Source: a virus (lineage: Duplodnaviria; Caudoviricetes). From it: DNA of 64,000 nucleotides. The translations under genes and the position numbers were made by a program. The number at the start of each line of letters is the position of its first letter. The first letter of the stretch is position 1. Under the pieces are notes generated by a model, which saw only the letters and a list, made by a program, of their open reading frames with translations, was not told the DNA's origin and did no database searches. Below, piece after piece: positions 9,825 to 19,717 of this stretch. The stretch spans positions 19,407 through 83,406 of IMG/VR virus record IMGVR_UViG_3300026101_000001; one strand, given 5' to 3'.

Positions 9825-10991
9825 TTATCGATTAGAAACAAACGCACTGTTATGCGCGGCAGTAAGCACCAGAACGTCGTCAGCTCCCGGTGTATCCGCA
9901 CCTTTGCCAACACCACCCCTTGGGATTGCTGCCAGTTTAATTTGAGCTTGTTTTAACAGCTCAATTTTCTCGTCAGCGCTGGCGTCTTCAGCCAACGTCA
10001 AACCCGCTGCAACCGCAGCCAGTTTTAGTTGTTCATCGAACACGCCGACAATTTTGTTCGCCGTTTCAAGTTGCGCTTGAGCGGCTGAAAGATCAGATTG
10101 AAGTTTGGTCTCAGAACCATTTTCAATCTTCGTATTTAGTTCTTCTACTTGTCCTTTCAGCGCGGCAACTTCCGACTGAGAAGCGGTAAGCGCTGCCTCT
10201 GCCGATTCGAGTTTAACTTCTAGCTTGCCGTTAGCTGCGGACAACGTAGAAACTTGGTTTGTTAATGCTGATAAATCCATAGTTTCACCTGTTGTTTCAC
10301 TTTGAGTTGGGGAGCAAGTCATATAACTGTACTGTACGGCTTCAGGAGAACTTGAAGCGGCAAGCTGGTTATATGCGTCTTTGCCCAGACGTTGCTTGGC
10401 AGAGCCAAGTATCTTCGGTTTATTACTCGCGCCTTTGTTCACGAGTGATAATTCTTTCCAAGCACGGAGGTCGGTTAAGCGAAGGTGGGTTCCGTTCTCA
10501 CCGATTCGATGACCGTTATCACATTCACGAAACCAGAAACTCATTTCGTTGCCTTCGGCCATGTAGTCGAAACCACATTCAGAACAGTACGCGTGATTGG
10601 GAGCTGCCCCGACAGAAACCTCATCTAGAATAGAAAGGTCAATATCTCTGGCGTAAGGGCCTTCAGCATCGACATAGAAAAGAACGTTTAAGTCCATGTG
10701 CCCTTCATCGGCGCTATAGGTATCTGCGGCAAACACCTTACCTACAGGGAGCATCTGGCCATTGTGCATGACCTGAATAGGGACACTTTCTTCTTTGTAA
10801 TACGCCGCCATCTGTGACAGAAAGCCTTCTGTCATTTGTGCGCCATGATAGGCTGTGCTTGGTTGATTGATTGGACGAGTAGATGCCGCAACGCTCTCAT
10901 ACGCTGCAATCTGCGAAAAGTCTATTTCATCACCAGCGGCTGCGGTGATAAGCGATTTGATACGCTCAGTGAGGGTTAGCCGTTTAGCCAT
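9825..10991 (-). CDS. Prohead protease / scaffold
   Basis: 'QVMHNGQMLPVGKV', 'DEVSVG', 'ELSLVNKGA' protease-like motifs plus C-terminal coiled-coil. Confidence 0.7.
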   Translation of the reverse strand: MAKRLTLTERIKSLITAAAGDEIDFSQIAAYESVAASTRPINQPSTAYHGAQMTEGFLSQMAAYYKEESVPIQVMHNGQMLPVGKVFAADTYSADEGHMDLNVLFYVDAEGPYARDIDLSILDEVSVGAAPNHAYCSECGFDYMAEGNEMSFWFRECDNGHRIGENGTHLRLTDLRAWKELSLVNKGASNKPKILGSAKQRLGKDAYNQLAASSSPEAVQYSYMTCSPTQSETTGETMDLSALTNQVSTLSAANGKLEVKLESAEAALTASQSEVAALKGQVEELNTKIENGSETKLQSDLSAAQAQLETANKIVGVFDEQLKLAAVAAGLTLAEDASADEKIELLKQAQIKLAAIPRGGVGKGADTPGADDVLVLTAAHNSAFVSNR

Positions 10992-11066
10992 CGTCAATTT
11001 CCATCCAAATTTTCGATTATCTTAGGGCTTTTCAATCGCGTTGCCAAGCCCGATTAAAAATTAACC

Positions 11067-12527
11067 TTAAGACTGGTTAGCGTTAGACTTCGCACTTTTG
11101 TCTGAAGCGCGACTAACAGAACGTCCTTGCGGGTCAGAATTAGGGCTTACTTTTTCTGCTTCTACTTCCATAGCGCCGCCAATAAACCCCGTTCCACTTA
11201 GCTCAGCTACCGAGTCCGGTCTAATGCGACGGTACATGGCAATATGGTAATCATCGTCGGTTATCAACCCATCACTTAGGTCGGTTCGCAAGCGGTTTGA
11301 CTTCAAGTTCAATTGGGCCTCTAGCTCAAGCTCCGAACGCAAATCAATATTAGGGAATCTGACAATAACTCGACTCTCGGAGCCTTGCATACGTAAAGCC
11401 ATCGTAAGCATGCTGCCTAGGATTTCTCCGATAGGCTCATTCAAACTATCGGCAGCTTTGGCAAACAAGTTCGCTTCAACCGTCGCGGTATTTACACCCG
11501 ATTCACCCCGACCAAGTACCGTGGCCATCGTCTTTAACCCTGCTTGGTTTTGGGCGTTAAGCGTATCAATCACTTCCTGAATTTTAATACCTGTTGCGGG
11601 GTTCTTTTCATTAAGCATTGAAACTTCAGCACTGTCGGTGTGAACCATCGCTTGGTCTGGACGCAACGAAGCAAACGCGCTTCCAATATCTTGGCGGCGT
11701 TGAGAAATATAGGTTCTTAGTTTTTGCGGGTCTACTTTAACGTCAGCCGGAGCATTTTTCACCAAGACTTCTTCAAGTACCTTGATAGCGATTCGCGGGA
11801 ACCCTGTAACTTGCATGATTCGATACAAGTCATTAATCACCTGTTGCCTTGCTGCCATGGTATTAATTGCACTAACGAAGGGGCTATGGCCGTAAGCTTC
11901 AATAGGTGATTTTCGGTACCAAGCTACGAAGAAAGAAGGGATATCCATTTTAATTGGGTCCCCGCCCCCTTGGTCTTGCCATGGCACCATTTTCCCAGGC
12001 TCTTTTTCTTGCCATCGAATACTGGCCATATCGATATTGCGAAGCTCAGTTAATTGAAGTTGATCCCCAAATACCGTTTCACAGCCTATACCACCTCGGG
12101 CTAATAGCATGTAGCGGAATTCTTCTGATAGTTCTCGCAGAGTCTTAGGTCTTAAGTAACCTTTAGAGTAGTCGCGGCGGGTCTCTAAGGCTTCAATAAG
12201 TTCATTAACTATCTTGGCACCATCGCGGTCAATCGCCCCGTCGGGGTCTTTTACAACGATATAAGGGATAGAGCTCCCCGCCGTAGTTAGATATGCGCCT
12301 AATGCCGCTGAGGCATCAGGGTCGGACTTAACAAGCTTCATAATGAGAGTTTGTGAGTTATCCGAAACTCGACTTGAATAGATATCTTCTAGGTGTTCCC
12401 GATAATCTGGGAGCGATAGGACTTCTGTGTTGTTCTCTGCGTTATAGGTCGCAGTTTGTGTACTCCCTTTCGGCTTAAACCGATTAGGCACAATTACCTT
12501 GAGCTTGCTAAGTATTGTTCCGGCCAT
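11067..12527 (-). CDS. Portal protein
   Basis: 486 aa directly after TerL; 'YRKSPIEAYGHSPFVSAINT' portal-like segment. Confidence 0.8.
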   Translation of the reverse strand: MAGTILSKLKVIVPNRFKPKGSTQTATYNAENNTEVLSLPDYREHLEDIYSSRVSDNSQTLIMKLVKSDPDASAALGAYLTTAGSSIPYIVVKDPDGAIDRDGAKIVNELIEALETRRDYSKGYLRPKTLRELSEEFRYMLLARGGIGCETVFGDQLQLTELRNIDMASIRWQEKEPGKMVPWQDQGGGDPIKMDIPSFFVAWYRKSPIEAYGHSPFVSAINTMAARQQVINDLYRIMQVTGFPRIAIKVLEEVLVKNAPADVKVDPQKLRTYISQRRQDIGSAFASLRPDQAMVHTDSAEVSMLNEKNPATGIKIQEVIDTLNAQNQAGLKTMATVLGRGESGVNTATVEANLFAKAADSLNEPIGEILGSMLTMALRMQGSESRVIVRFPNIDLRSELELEAQLNLKSNRLRTDLSDGLITDDDYHIAMYRRIRPDSVAELSGTGFIGGAMEVEAEKVSPNSDPQGRSVSRASDKSAKSNANQS

Positions 12528-12545
12528 CGTCAATTTCCCAAATTG

Positions 12546-14348
12546 TTAGTACCGACGAATTATTTTTGTCGGGTTATTGCTGGAAGAATAACCGATTAAG
12601 TCGGTTGTGCCAAAGATATCATTATCTTGTTGGCCTAGAAGGATACCTCCACCGTGGCCAGCGTTAGAGAAATCGGTATTCACATTCACCCAGCCCTCAA
12701 GACCGTCTTTTACAATCTTATACGAGACCCCTGCGGCGAGATAGGCCATTGCGTGGAAGAAGTGGTCTTTACCGGAAAGCTTAACCCAAACGGCTTGTTC
12801 CTCTTCGACTTCCTCTCTGATCATATCCTGAAGATGAGACTCTATTTTGTCTTGGTTACTGGTGTAACCTTCAATCGACCACGTTAAGTTTCTTACACCC
12901 GTGGCCACATGGTCTAGCATATCGGTACGGTTTACCTTGATATAGTCCACTTCCCCGAGTGCATTCTTCTCTTCAGCAACTTCCTTACTTTTCGTGTAGT
13001 GCACCGGCATAATTCGCCCGAGGCTACCGTTACGGATATCATTACTGGTAGGTGTATAAGGGTACCTATCCAAGCCTCCCCCAACAAAATGATATTGCTC
13101 ATCTAGCTTATTAACCAGCCCCCGTAATTGGTCTATATGGCAGTACGTGGCTAAAATAATCCGCATCTTTCTAGGGTCGGTACCACAACCTACAACGATG
13201 TAGCACGTTACCCCCATATCGATACCAATGAAGTGTGGTTCACCTTGTCTTGGCTCTGGGATAGCTGGGCTTCCCATGGCTAGTTTTATCTGGCTTAACG
13301 AAAGCTTCTGGTCTTCGTTGTTGTAGGACTCACCCTTAACCGTGTTGTAAAAGCCCTTCAGGTTATCATTCGATTTGTAATCAAATAACTGAGCGAAACA
13401 ATACTGAGGGTCTAGTCTGTGGGTAGAGAACGTGCGGATACGGTACCCGCGGTTGAGCACCCGACTCGGGTATTTAGCCACCCATTCACGGTTTTCGTAG
13501 TCAGCAAGGTTTAGGGGCTTCCGGCATTTTTCACAAACCACGCGTGCGGATTGAATATCGAGCTGGCCAGAGTCGATAAGGTTATCTGAGATATCTTCAA
13601 ATTTTTCCAAATCATCTGGTAGGCCATCGACTTCGACGAACGCTCGGCTAAATACGGGTATTTGGTAATGGTTGCAGCAACGGCACTTAATCACGTACTC
13701 ATGCTGGTCACTTCTTCGGTATCCTCTGTCTACACCTACCCCTTCATAAGTTGGGGTACTGAAACGCTGGTTAACACGGTGATCGGAACCTTGTAGACGA
13801 GAGTTAAAGAGTGACAACATTGACGGGTCTGTTAAGTCAATCTCATCGTTAAAAACAAAGTCCGCGTTGATACTCGTGGCGTCGGCCTCTGCAGAACCAG
13901 TGACGTAAAGGAAACTGGTACCAATCCGCATAAGGTCCATAGACTGTTTGGTCTTGTCCCCATTCTCTTGCCTGAAAGCTTTATCAAAATTAATCAACGG
14001 CTGGATACGCGCTTTTGAAATACGCTTAAACATCCGCTCATTCGGCATGGTGTAAATCAAAGAGGTGTTGGGCGTCCGGCTTAATATCGCCAGCGCTTTA
14101 CGAATCTGTATTTCGGTAAGACCAACCTGAGAGGGCTTTATACAATCGAGGCTGGGGTGCATATCATCGGCAATCTGTTTTTGGAAGGGATAGCGCTCGA
14201 AACTAAAAGGCCGCTTGTTGAGTGAAGTGTTGGCACACATCCAATCACCATGCGTCATATCTTTCGAATCTTTGTTGTACCGGCCTTCTGCAGTCGAGTA
14301 CAAATCCATTAAAAACTGATTAGCCACAGCTACCTCAATTATCGTCAA
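12546..14348 (-). CDS. terL: Terminase large subunit, lambda gpA-like (exact start uncertain)
   Basis: 'IKPSQVGLTE' Walker A variant, 'FNDEID' Walker B, CxxC..CxxC insert, 'IGIDMG' and 'DHFFHA' nuclease motifs. Confidence 0.9.
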   Translation of the reverse strand: MTIIEVAVANQFLMDLYSTAEGRYNKDSKDMTHGDWMCANTSLNKRPFSFERYPFQKQIADDMHPSLDCIKPSQVGLTEIQIRKALAILSRTPNTSLIYTMPNERMFKRISKARIQPLINFDKAFRQENGDKTKQSMDLMRIGTSFLYVTGSAEADATSINADFVFNDEIDLTDPSMLSLFNSRLQGSDHRVNQRFSTPTYEGVGVDRGYRRSDQHEYVIKCRCCNHYQIPVFSRAFVEVDGLPDDLEKFEDISDNLIDSGQLDIQSARVVCEKCRKPLNLADYENREWVAKYPSRVLNRGYRIRTFSTHRLDPQYCFAQLFDYKSNDNLKGFYNTVKGESYNNEDQKLSLSQIKLAMGSPAIPEPRQGEPHFIGIDMGVTCYIVVGCGTDPRKMRIILATYCHIDQLRGLVNKLDEQYHFVGGGLDRYPYTPTSNDIRNGSLGRIMPVHYTKSKEVAEEKNALGEVDYIKVNRTDMLDHVATGVRNLTWSIEGYTSNQDKIESHLQDMIREEVEEEQAVWVKLSGKDHFFHAMAYLAAGVSYKIVKDGLEGWVNVNTDFSNAGHGGGILLGQQDNDIFGTTDLIGYSSSNNPTKIIRRY

Positions 14349-14439
14349 TTAGTCTATTTTCCGAATAGATTACGCTTTACTGACTATACAGGCAATCTTG
14401 CGGTATGATATTTAACCTATAACAAAGCGGAGATTGACG

Positions 14440-14928
14440 ATGAAAACACCCAAGTTCTATCCTGAGTTCACCCCTAACCTTTTCACAACGCTGAATACGT
14501 GGAAAAAACTAATTCAAGACGACCCAACCTACCTCGACGATGAAGACTGCCCTTACGAGCCCAACGAGATAGAATTCCTTACCGCGATTTTTAGCACCCA
14601 AACCGACGCTGGCATAACCGTTGCAGACTCAGAACTAGAGGATTCAGATGCGGTTCCTGATTTCGAGACGGAAGCACTTCAGCTTTACCGTGATATGAAA
14701 ACATTTAAAACGGCACTGAACAAAAGTGACACAAGCGAAATGACCAGTACGTTTCGTACCATGGTGTCACTGATGGAAAAAATCCTCGATGTTCAAGAAC
14801 GAGCCTCAGGTATAAAACAATTTGGTGTATTCAAAACGTTTATCCTCGATAGCATGGAGCGCTATCTAACACCGCAGCAAAAAACTGAGTTTATCGACGA
14901 AATGAAACTCGTACTTAATCAGGAGTAA
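14440..14928 (+). CDS. Hypothetical acidic helical protein, possible small terminase subunit
   Basis: Divergent from and adjacent to terL; has start motif; no other TerS candidate seen. Confidence 0.4.
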   Translation: MKTPKFYPEFTPNLFTTLNTWKKLIQDDPTYLDDEDCPYEPNEIEFLTAIFSTQTDAGITVADSELEDSDAVPDFETEALQLYRDMKTFKTALNKSDTSEMTSTFRTMVSLMEKILDVQERASGIKQFGVFKTFILDSMERYLTPQQKTEFIDEMKLVLNQE

Positions 14929-14932
14929 CCGC

Positions 14933-17440
14933 ATGTATAGTTTATTATCGAAAGCCTTATTTGCTGTAGGTATCCCAACCATTCCGCTGTTTAAAACTTC
15001 AAAGCTCCCTGCTATCCCTAGTGATAAAATACTTCATGCGACCCAGGAGTTACACCAAAAGAATTGGCAAGCGACACATGCGGATAAGCTTTGCGGCGTG
15101 GCCTTGGGTCAGGCGCTCAAAGACGAGAGTGAATATTGTCTTGTCGCGTTAAGGCTCGATCATAAACAATCCGATTTAAAGCTTTCGCTCTCTCATAAGC
15201 TTCCTTCAAGCTTTTGGCTGGTCTCTGAATCAAATAGCCATTACATGATTTTTAAAGCGCCGGCACCTTCGCCTTGTAGTGAGTCACTAAAATCGTTCAC
15301 GGTTCTTGGCTCGGGCCTCGAGGGAAGTTTACTTTCGTTCTTAGCGGAAGATACGTTCGTAGTACTAAGTTCACCGACTCAGGTACCTACCAAAGACGTC
15401 GTAGATAACTTACCGGTATTTGAACCACACCATATCATGGATGTGTTGCAGGAGATTATGCCGGATGTGGAGTTTCAAAAAGAGCCATACCAGCACGAAG
15501 CAAGGACAAAATTACACACTCTAGGCCAATTGGACGTAACTATGCGCTCTTACCTGACGCATTTTTGCTACGATTTTTTACTGAATTGCGACCAAAACAC
15601 GTACCTTTTGCCCGTTTTGCAAGAAATTGACGCGCTTTATGATAGTTTTTCGCAAAATTTTGCCAAAATACCCCCAAATCATCAAAAAGACGCCTATTTC
15701 CAGACCTTCTACTCACTTATCCACCAAGTGCGTATGTACTACAACCTTCGCCTTCCGCCCCACTGGGACATCAATATTGGCTCTAATCTAAGGGACAGAT
15801 ACGCGATTCCCTTCACTTCGAAGGACGCGCAATACACCTATCAAGGCCTTCAGAAGTACGTTTACGATAAAATGTCCGACGCCATAGGCAACGAAACCCA
15901 AATGTTGAGTGCATGCCAGTCGGCCATGGAAGAAATCGCACGCTCATTCACAGTAACCAAACTCGAAGTAGACCAGCTCAAGCGATATATCTCGCGTCAG
16001 TCTGGGATGAAGCTAAACATGACGAAGATGGATAGTCAGATAGCAAATCTTAGGAAGCAAGCGCGGGGCGTGATAGACCTTCCGGCCATCGTTACTATTG
16101 TTACTCAATTTCTCTCAAGTCAAACCGAGCATCGCTATGATGCGGCCATCGATGCCCAGAGATTATGCCGTTGGCTAGGCACGCATTGGGAACCTGTAGA
16201 AGACCATGAGATAAGCCATATCATCAACACCTACTTTCCGTCGAACTTCACAGACAAGGGTACGCGTAACACCAATACGATTATTACGGCTATCAAAAAC
16301 AAACTGGCCCTGCCCCTTCGACGCGTCAATTCTGTAGGGGTGAACTTCAACAACGGGTTCGTGAACTCCCAACTTCAGCTATTACCCCACGACCCAGATA
16401 TGGGGTTAACCTATACGTTGCCATTTACCTTCAACCCAGACCAAGTTTACCCACCCGAAAAGCTATATAAATTTATCACGGAGATTTGGGAGAACGACGA
16501 CGAGAGCGATAACATAATGGCTTTGCAAGAAGCGATGGCCGCGACGTTCTTCAACACGGGGACACTTTTTCAAAGGGCCATCCTACTTCACGGCACGCCA
16601 AAATCAGGAAAGAGTCAGATACTCAATATCATTCGCGGTCTGGTACCACCCCAAAAGCGCGTTTCACTCCCGCCCAACAAGTGGGGAGATAATGACGCGC
16701 TGGCCGCGCTATCGAATAAACTACTAAACCTGTGTGGCGAACTCTCTGAAAACGAACCTATCAACAGCCAGCGCTTCAAAGATATTGTTGATGGCCAAGA
16801 AGTCACGCTTAAGCGAAACATCAACCAACATAACACCCTGCAACCGATGGCTACACATTGGTTCGCCTCAAACCATCTGCCAAAAACTAAAGATTTCTCG
16901 GAAGGATTTACTCGACGCTGGTTGATACTCAATACGGAAAGACCTATTCCCCCTGAAAATCGAGAGCTGGATGTTGGTAACAAAATTGTTGCTGAAGAAA
17001 AGGACAAGATTATCTCGTGGGCCTTACGCGCTTATCCGAGACTGGTCAACAATCGCGACTACACCTTACCCGACTCACATCATGAGCTCGTGCGCCAGCT
17101 CGGGCAGATGAACAATAACGTTCGATACTTCTTCGAAGCCTCTGGGTATATTGAATTGTCTGATGATTCTATGATAGCGGTGCTTAAATCCCTACCAAAA
17201 GACGAGTTGATTGATGAGCTTAAGTCACTACCTTCTATAGCCGGTAGGGATTTATATACCCTCTACGCCGCATCTGTTCGCGAATTTAAAAACGGGGCTG
17301 TCGTGGATGAAGGTGAATTCTATCGTCGAACCAAAGAGCTCAGTACGCTTTATCAGTTTCTCCAAGTCGTGGGACGCGATTCGAAAAACCGATTAGTTAT
17401 TCAGTATTATGGACTGAACATTCAATTAAACGCTCATTAA
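14933..17440 (+). CDS. D5/P4-like SF3 helicase with degenerate N-terminal prim-pol-like domain
   Basis: Walker A 'HGTPKSGKS', Walker B 'NLCGEL', motif C 'FASNHLP', D5_N-like 'VNFNNGFV...LLPHDPD'. Confidence 0.85.
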   Translation: MYSLLSKALFAVGIPTIPLFKTSKLPAIPSDKILHATQELHQKNWQATHADKLCGVALGQALKDESEYCLVALRLDHKQSDLKLSLSHKLPSSFWLVSESNSHYMIFKAPAPSPCSESLKSFTVLGSGLEGSLLSFLAEDTFVVLSSPTQVPTKDVVDNLPVFEPHHIMDVLQEIMPDVEFQKEPYQHEARTKLHTLGQLDVTMRSYLTHFCYDFLLNCDQNTYLLPVLQEIDALYDSFSQNFAKIPPNHQKDAYFQTFYSLIHQVRMYYNLRLPPHWDINIGSNLRDRYAIPFTSKDAQYTYQGLQKYVYDKMSDAIGNETQMLSACQSAMEEIARSFTVTKLEVDQLKRYISRQSGMKLNMTKMDSQIANLRKQARGVIDLPAIVTIVTQFLSSQTEHRYDAAIDAQRLCRWLGTHWEPVEDHEISHIINTYFPSNFTDKGTRNTNTIITAIKNKLALPLRRVNSVGVNFNNGFVNSQLQLLPHDPDMGLTYTLPFTFNPDQVYPPEKLYKFITEIWENDDESDNIMALQEAMAATFFNTGTLFQRAILLHGTPKSGKSQILNIIRGLVPPQKRVSLPPNKWGDNDALAALSNKLLNLCGELSENEPINSQRFKDIVDGQEVTLKRNINQHNTLQPMATHWFASNHLPKTKDFSEGFTRRWLILNTERPIPPENRELDVGNKIVAEEKDKIISWALRAYPRLVNNRDYTLPDSHHELVRQLGQMNNNVRYFFEASGYIELSDDSMIAVLKSLPKDELIDELKSLPSIAGRDLYTLYAASVREFKNGAVVDEGEFYRRTKELSTLYQFLQVVGRDSKNRLVIQYYGLNIQLNAH

Positions 17441-17458
17441 TCAATCAGGCATAACCTT

Positions 17459-17490
17459 AGGCGAAAAAATTTTTAAAAATTTTTTCGCCT
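17459..17490. repeat. Perfect 32-bp palindrome AGGCGAAAAAATTTTT|AAAAATTTTTTCGCCT
   Basis: Exact self-complementarity checked base by base; followed by T run. Confidence 0.95.
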
Positions 17491-17507
17491 TTTTTACGTT
17501 TCTTTGC

Positions 17508-17524
17508 ACACATTGACAATGTGT
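17508..17524. promoter_or_regulatory. Putative operator ACACA-N7-TGTGT, containing TTGACA
   Basis: CACACATTG-A-CAATGTGTG dyad. Confidence 0.55.
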
Positions 17525-17555
17525 GTAAGTGCTTTCAATTGATGAACTTTTCCAA

Positions 17556-17584
17556 CTACAAAAACACAATTTAATTGTGTCTTT
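17556..17584. promoter_or_regulatory. Putative operator ACACA-N7-TGTGT
   Basis: 27/29 identical to reverse complement of 36955-36983. Confidence 0.65.
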
Positions 17585-17861
17585 TATTTCAGAAATACGA
17601 CAACAAAAGCCCTCGTGATTTAACACTTATATAACAGAATATAAGGTTTGCCACCGGTTTACTTACTTGACCAATCGAGGAGATTTTTATACTTTAGTTG
17701 GCGTTGACAGCAAACAGCTTACATGCCTCAACCGCGGGAGCCCAGCGCTCCTTACAATTTGGAAATTGACGATAAAGCCTGTTCTAATCTTTGTGCCCGT
17801 CCGCATACCTAGTTTCAAGCTTATCCTACGAGCAACGACCTCTGATTACGTTGAACGTCTC

Positions 17862-17900
17862 AAACCCCGAGTGGCCATAATCCCTCGGGGTTTTCTTTTT
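17862..17900 (+). terminator. Intrinsic terminator-like hairpin
   Basis: AAACCCCGAG...CTCGGGGTTT then TCTTTTT. Confidence 0.6.
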
Positions 17901-17906
17901 GGCCTA

Positions 17907-17978
17907 GGTTCTCGGGTCGCAGTTCTCGGGTAAAGTTTCTAGTTTCTGGGGTGAAGGTTCTCGGGTCGCGGTTCTAGG
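17907..17978. repeat. Short direct repeats GGTTCTCGGGTCGC and variants
   Basis: Copies at 17907 and 17956, partial copy GTTCTCGGGT at 17922, further GTTCT/GTTTCT units. Confidence 0.75.
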
Positions 17979-18185
17979 TTTGAGGGTAGTATCTATAACC
18001 TTCCAAAATTCCAAAAATTTTTCAGGTGGAGTGAGAGGGCCACCCCACTATATCACCCCATTTTCTTGCATAAAATCCACCCCCCCTTATATAGTGAATG
18101 CAACTCGGGACACGTACCACTTAACACGGCTCGAGGGGGGGAACATTCCCCCACCAACAAATTAACTTTTAAGGAATTGACGATT

Positions 18186-18905
18186 ATGACTACTGCTACC
18201 ACTTTCAATGCTTCTGTTTTTGCTTCTGCTCTTGTTACCGCTGATAAAAATGACCTACGCGTGCCAGCCGTGAAAATGGCTATTGCGTGCTATGCCGTAG
18301 CACACAACATGGAAAAAGGCGCTAACATCGCGCTTTGTTGTGACCTGTATGGCGTGCCAGCTAACCAACGCACAAAAGCCAACCGTGACAGCTCACGCCT
18401 ATACAACCAAGCAAAAGGTTACTGGAAAACTTACGTGAAATTCGTAAATGATAACCGTCAATATCTAACCAAGTTTTTTGATTCTATCAAAACCATTGAG
18501 TTAAACGGCACATTCGCGCAAATTGGTGACAAGGTATTAAACGCGGATATTTACGGCGAAAACGGTGCACCGCAAGGTCGCGTAGAATGGCTTAACTTTT
18601 TAGGTGAATACTTGCCTAAAGAAACGAAAGAAGAAAAGCCAAGCAAAGACGCAAAAAGCGCACCTGTAAAGGGCAAGGACAAAGAAGGGGGAGCGGCAAA
18701 GCGTGCTGCTGATGATAACGTCACAAGCGCTGTTCAGGCTCTTGTTTCTAAGCTTGAGGATCATACTCAAGCATTGATTAATCATCAGCTTGAAGCACTC
18801 GACGCGGCCGGTTTACCTAAAGCACATCGCGCCAAAGTTAGTAAGGCAATGCTTGCTTTATCGCTTGAGATTCAAAAGGATCTAGAAAAGCAATTAAACA
18901 AGTAA
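18186..18905 (+). CDS. Hypothetical protein (239 aa), self-contained unit
   Basis: ATG after palindrome plus start motif; biased codon usage; followed by palindrome and terminator. Confidence 0.8.
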   Translation: MTTATTFNASVFASALVTADKNDLRVPAVKMAIACYAVAHNMEKGANIALCCDLYGVPANQRTKANRDSSRLYNQAKGYWKTYVKFVNDNRQYLTKFFDSIKTIELNGTFAQIGDKVLNADIYGENGAPQGRVEWLNFLGEYLPKETKEEKPSKDAKSAPVKGKDKEGGAAKRAADDNVTSAVQALVSKLEDHTQALINHQLEALDAAGLPKAHRAKVSKAMLALSLEIQKDLEKQLNK

Positions 18906-18945
18906 GCCCAGCGGGGGGAACATTCCCCCCTCAATTCGAGAAACG

Positions 18946-18989
18946 AAAAACCGATTAGAACTAGCCGTGCTAATCGGTTTTTTATTTTT
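18946..18989 (+). terminator. Bidirectional intrinsic terminator
   Basis: AAAAACCGATTAG...CTAATCGGTTTTT plus T tract. Confidence 0.85.
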
Positions 18990-19180
18990 CGCGAGGCTAT
19001 TAAGCGCGTGCCTACCTATGCTGGTGGTGTGTGCCAGTGCCTAGGCTCTCGTGTCTAGGATCTAGGCTGGTGGATTGTGATAGCAATTCGCGTGAAGGGA
19101 ATTTGGGCAACTACAGGGCCGTGACTGTCGCGGCGATTTTAGGGGGGAACATTCTCCCCCAGATTTGAGGGAATAATATT

Positions 19181-19441
19181 ATGAAAATACCAATGCGAAT
19201 TTTGAGACAGAACAATGGTTTGAATCTGGGGACCACGGAATATATAAACGACAAGAAAGTTTGGTTTCATAAACTTGAGTTGGTAGGTACAACGGCTCAG
19301 CTTGAGCGCTGGTGGCGAATGCGCCAGCGTAGACCTAATCCACTTAAAGACTTGGATGAGGTTGTTATGTACAACGTTGAGCATGAGGGCGTGCTTGAGT
19401 GTGCAGAGGTTCAGGAAATAATTGCTCGATATGAGCGCTAA
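19181..19441 (+). CDS. Hypothetical protein
   Basis: GAGG RBS; bracketed by two palindrome copies. Confidence 0.55.
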   Translation: MKIPMRILRQNNGLNLGTTEYINDKKVWFHKLELVGTTAQLERWWRMRQRRPNPLKDLDEVVMYNVEHEGVLECAEVQEIIARYER

Positions 19442-19480
19442 TTAAGGGGGGAACATTCTCCCCCAGAGACAAGGAAATTG

Positions 19481-19717
19481 ATGATGATTACACGTACAGA
19501 TATCGCTTTATTTATCGCGTTTATGGTGCATTTCATGATGCTGGTGGCTGGGTTCACGGTACTCATTACGAGTGCCAATGGCCTGGGCTTAATTGAGGTA
19601 TCGAGTTACGCCAGTGTGCCGTTGTTTTTGATCTCCGTAGCGACCCTCAAAGCAGAGACTCTAGACAGAAGAAGTAATTTTCGGCTGGTGGAAGTTCGCT
19701 TTCATTCTAAAAAATAG
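19481..19717 (+). CDS. Small membrane protein (2 TM)
   Basis: Variant start motif GGAAATTGATGATG; two hydrophobic stretches. Confidence 0.55.
   Translation: MMITRTDIALFIAFMVHFMMLVAGFTVLITSANGLGLIEVSSYASVPLFLISVATLKAETLDRRSNFRLVEVRFHSKK

Noticed and set aside
17459-17490. N15-type telomere resolution site
   Set aside because: No protelomerase in the window and the element has a tyrosine integrase and att site; kept only as a minor possibility
18172-18183. Start motif resembles conserved 16S rRNA segment (A)AKGAATTGACGG
   Set aside because: It is identity rather than complementarity, the match is short, and no mechanism can be supported from sequence; treated as coincidence unless tested
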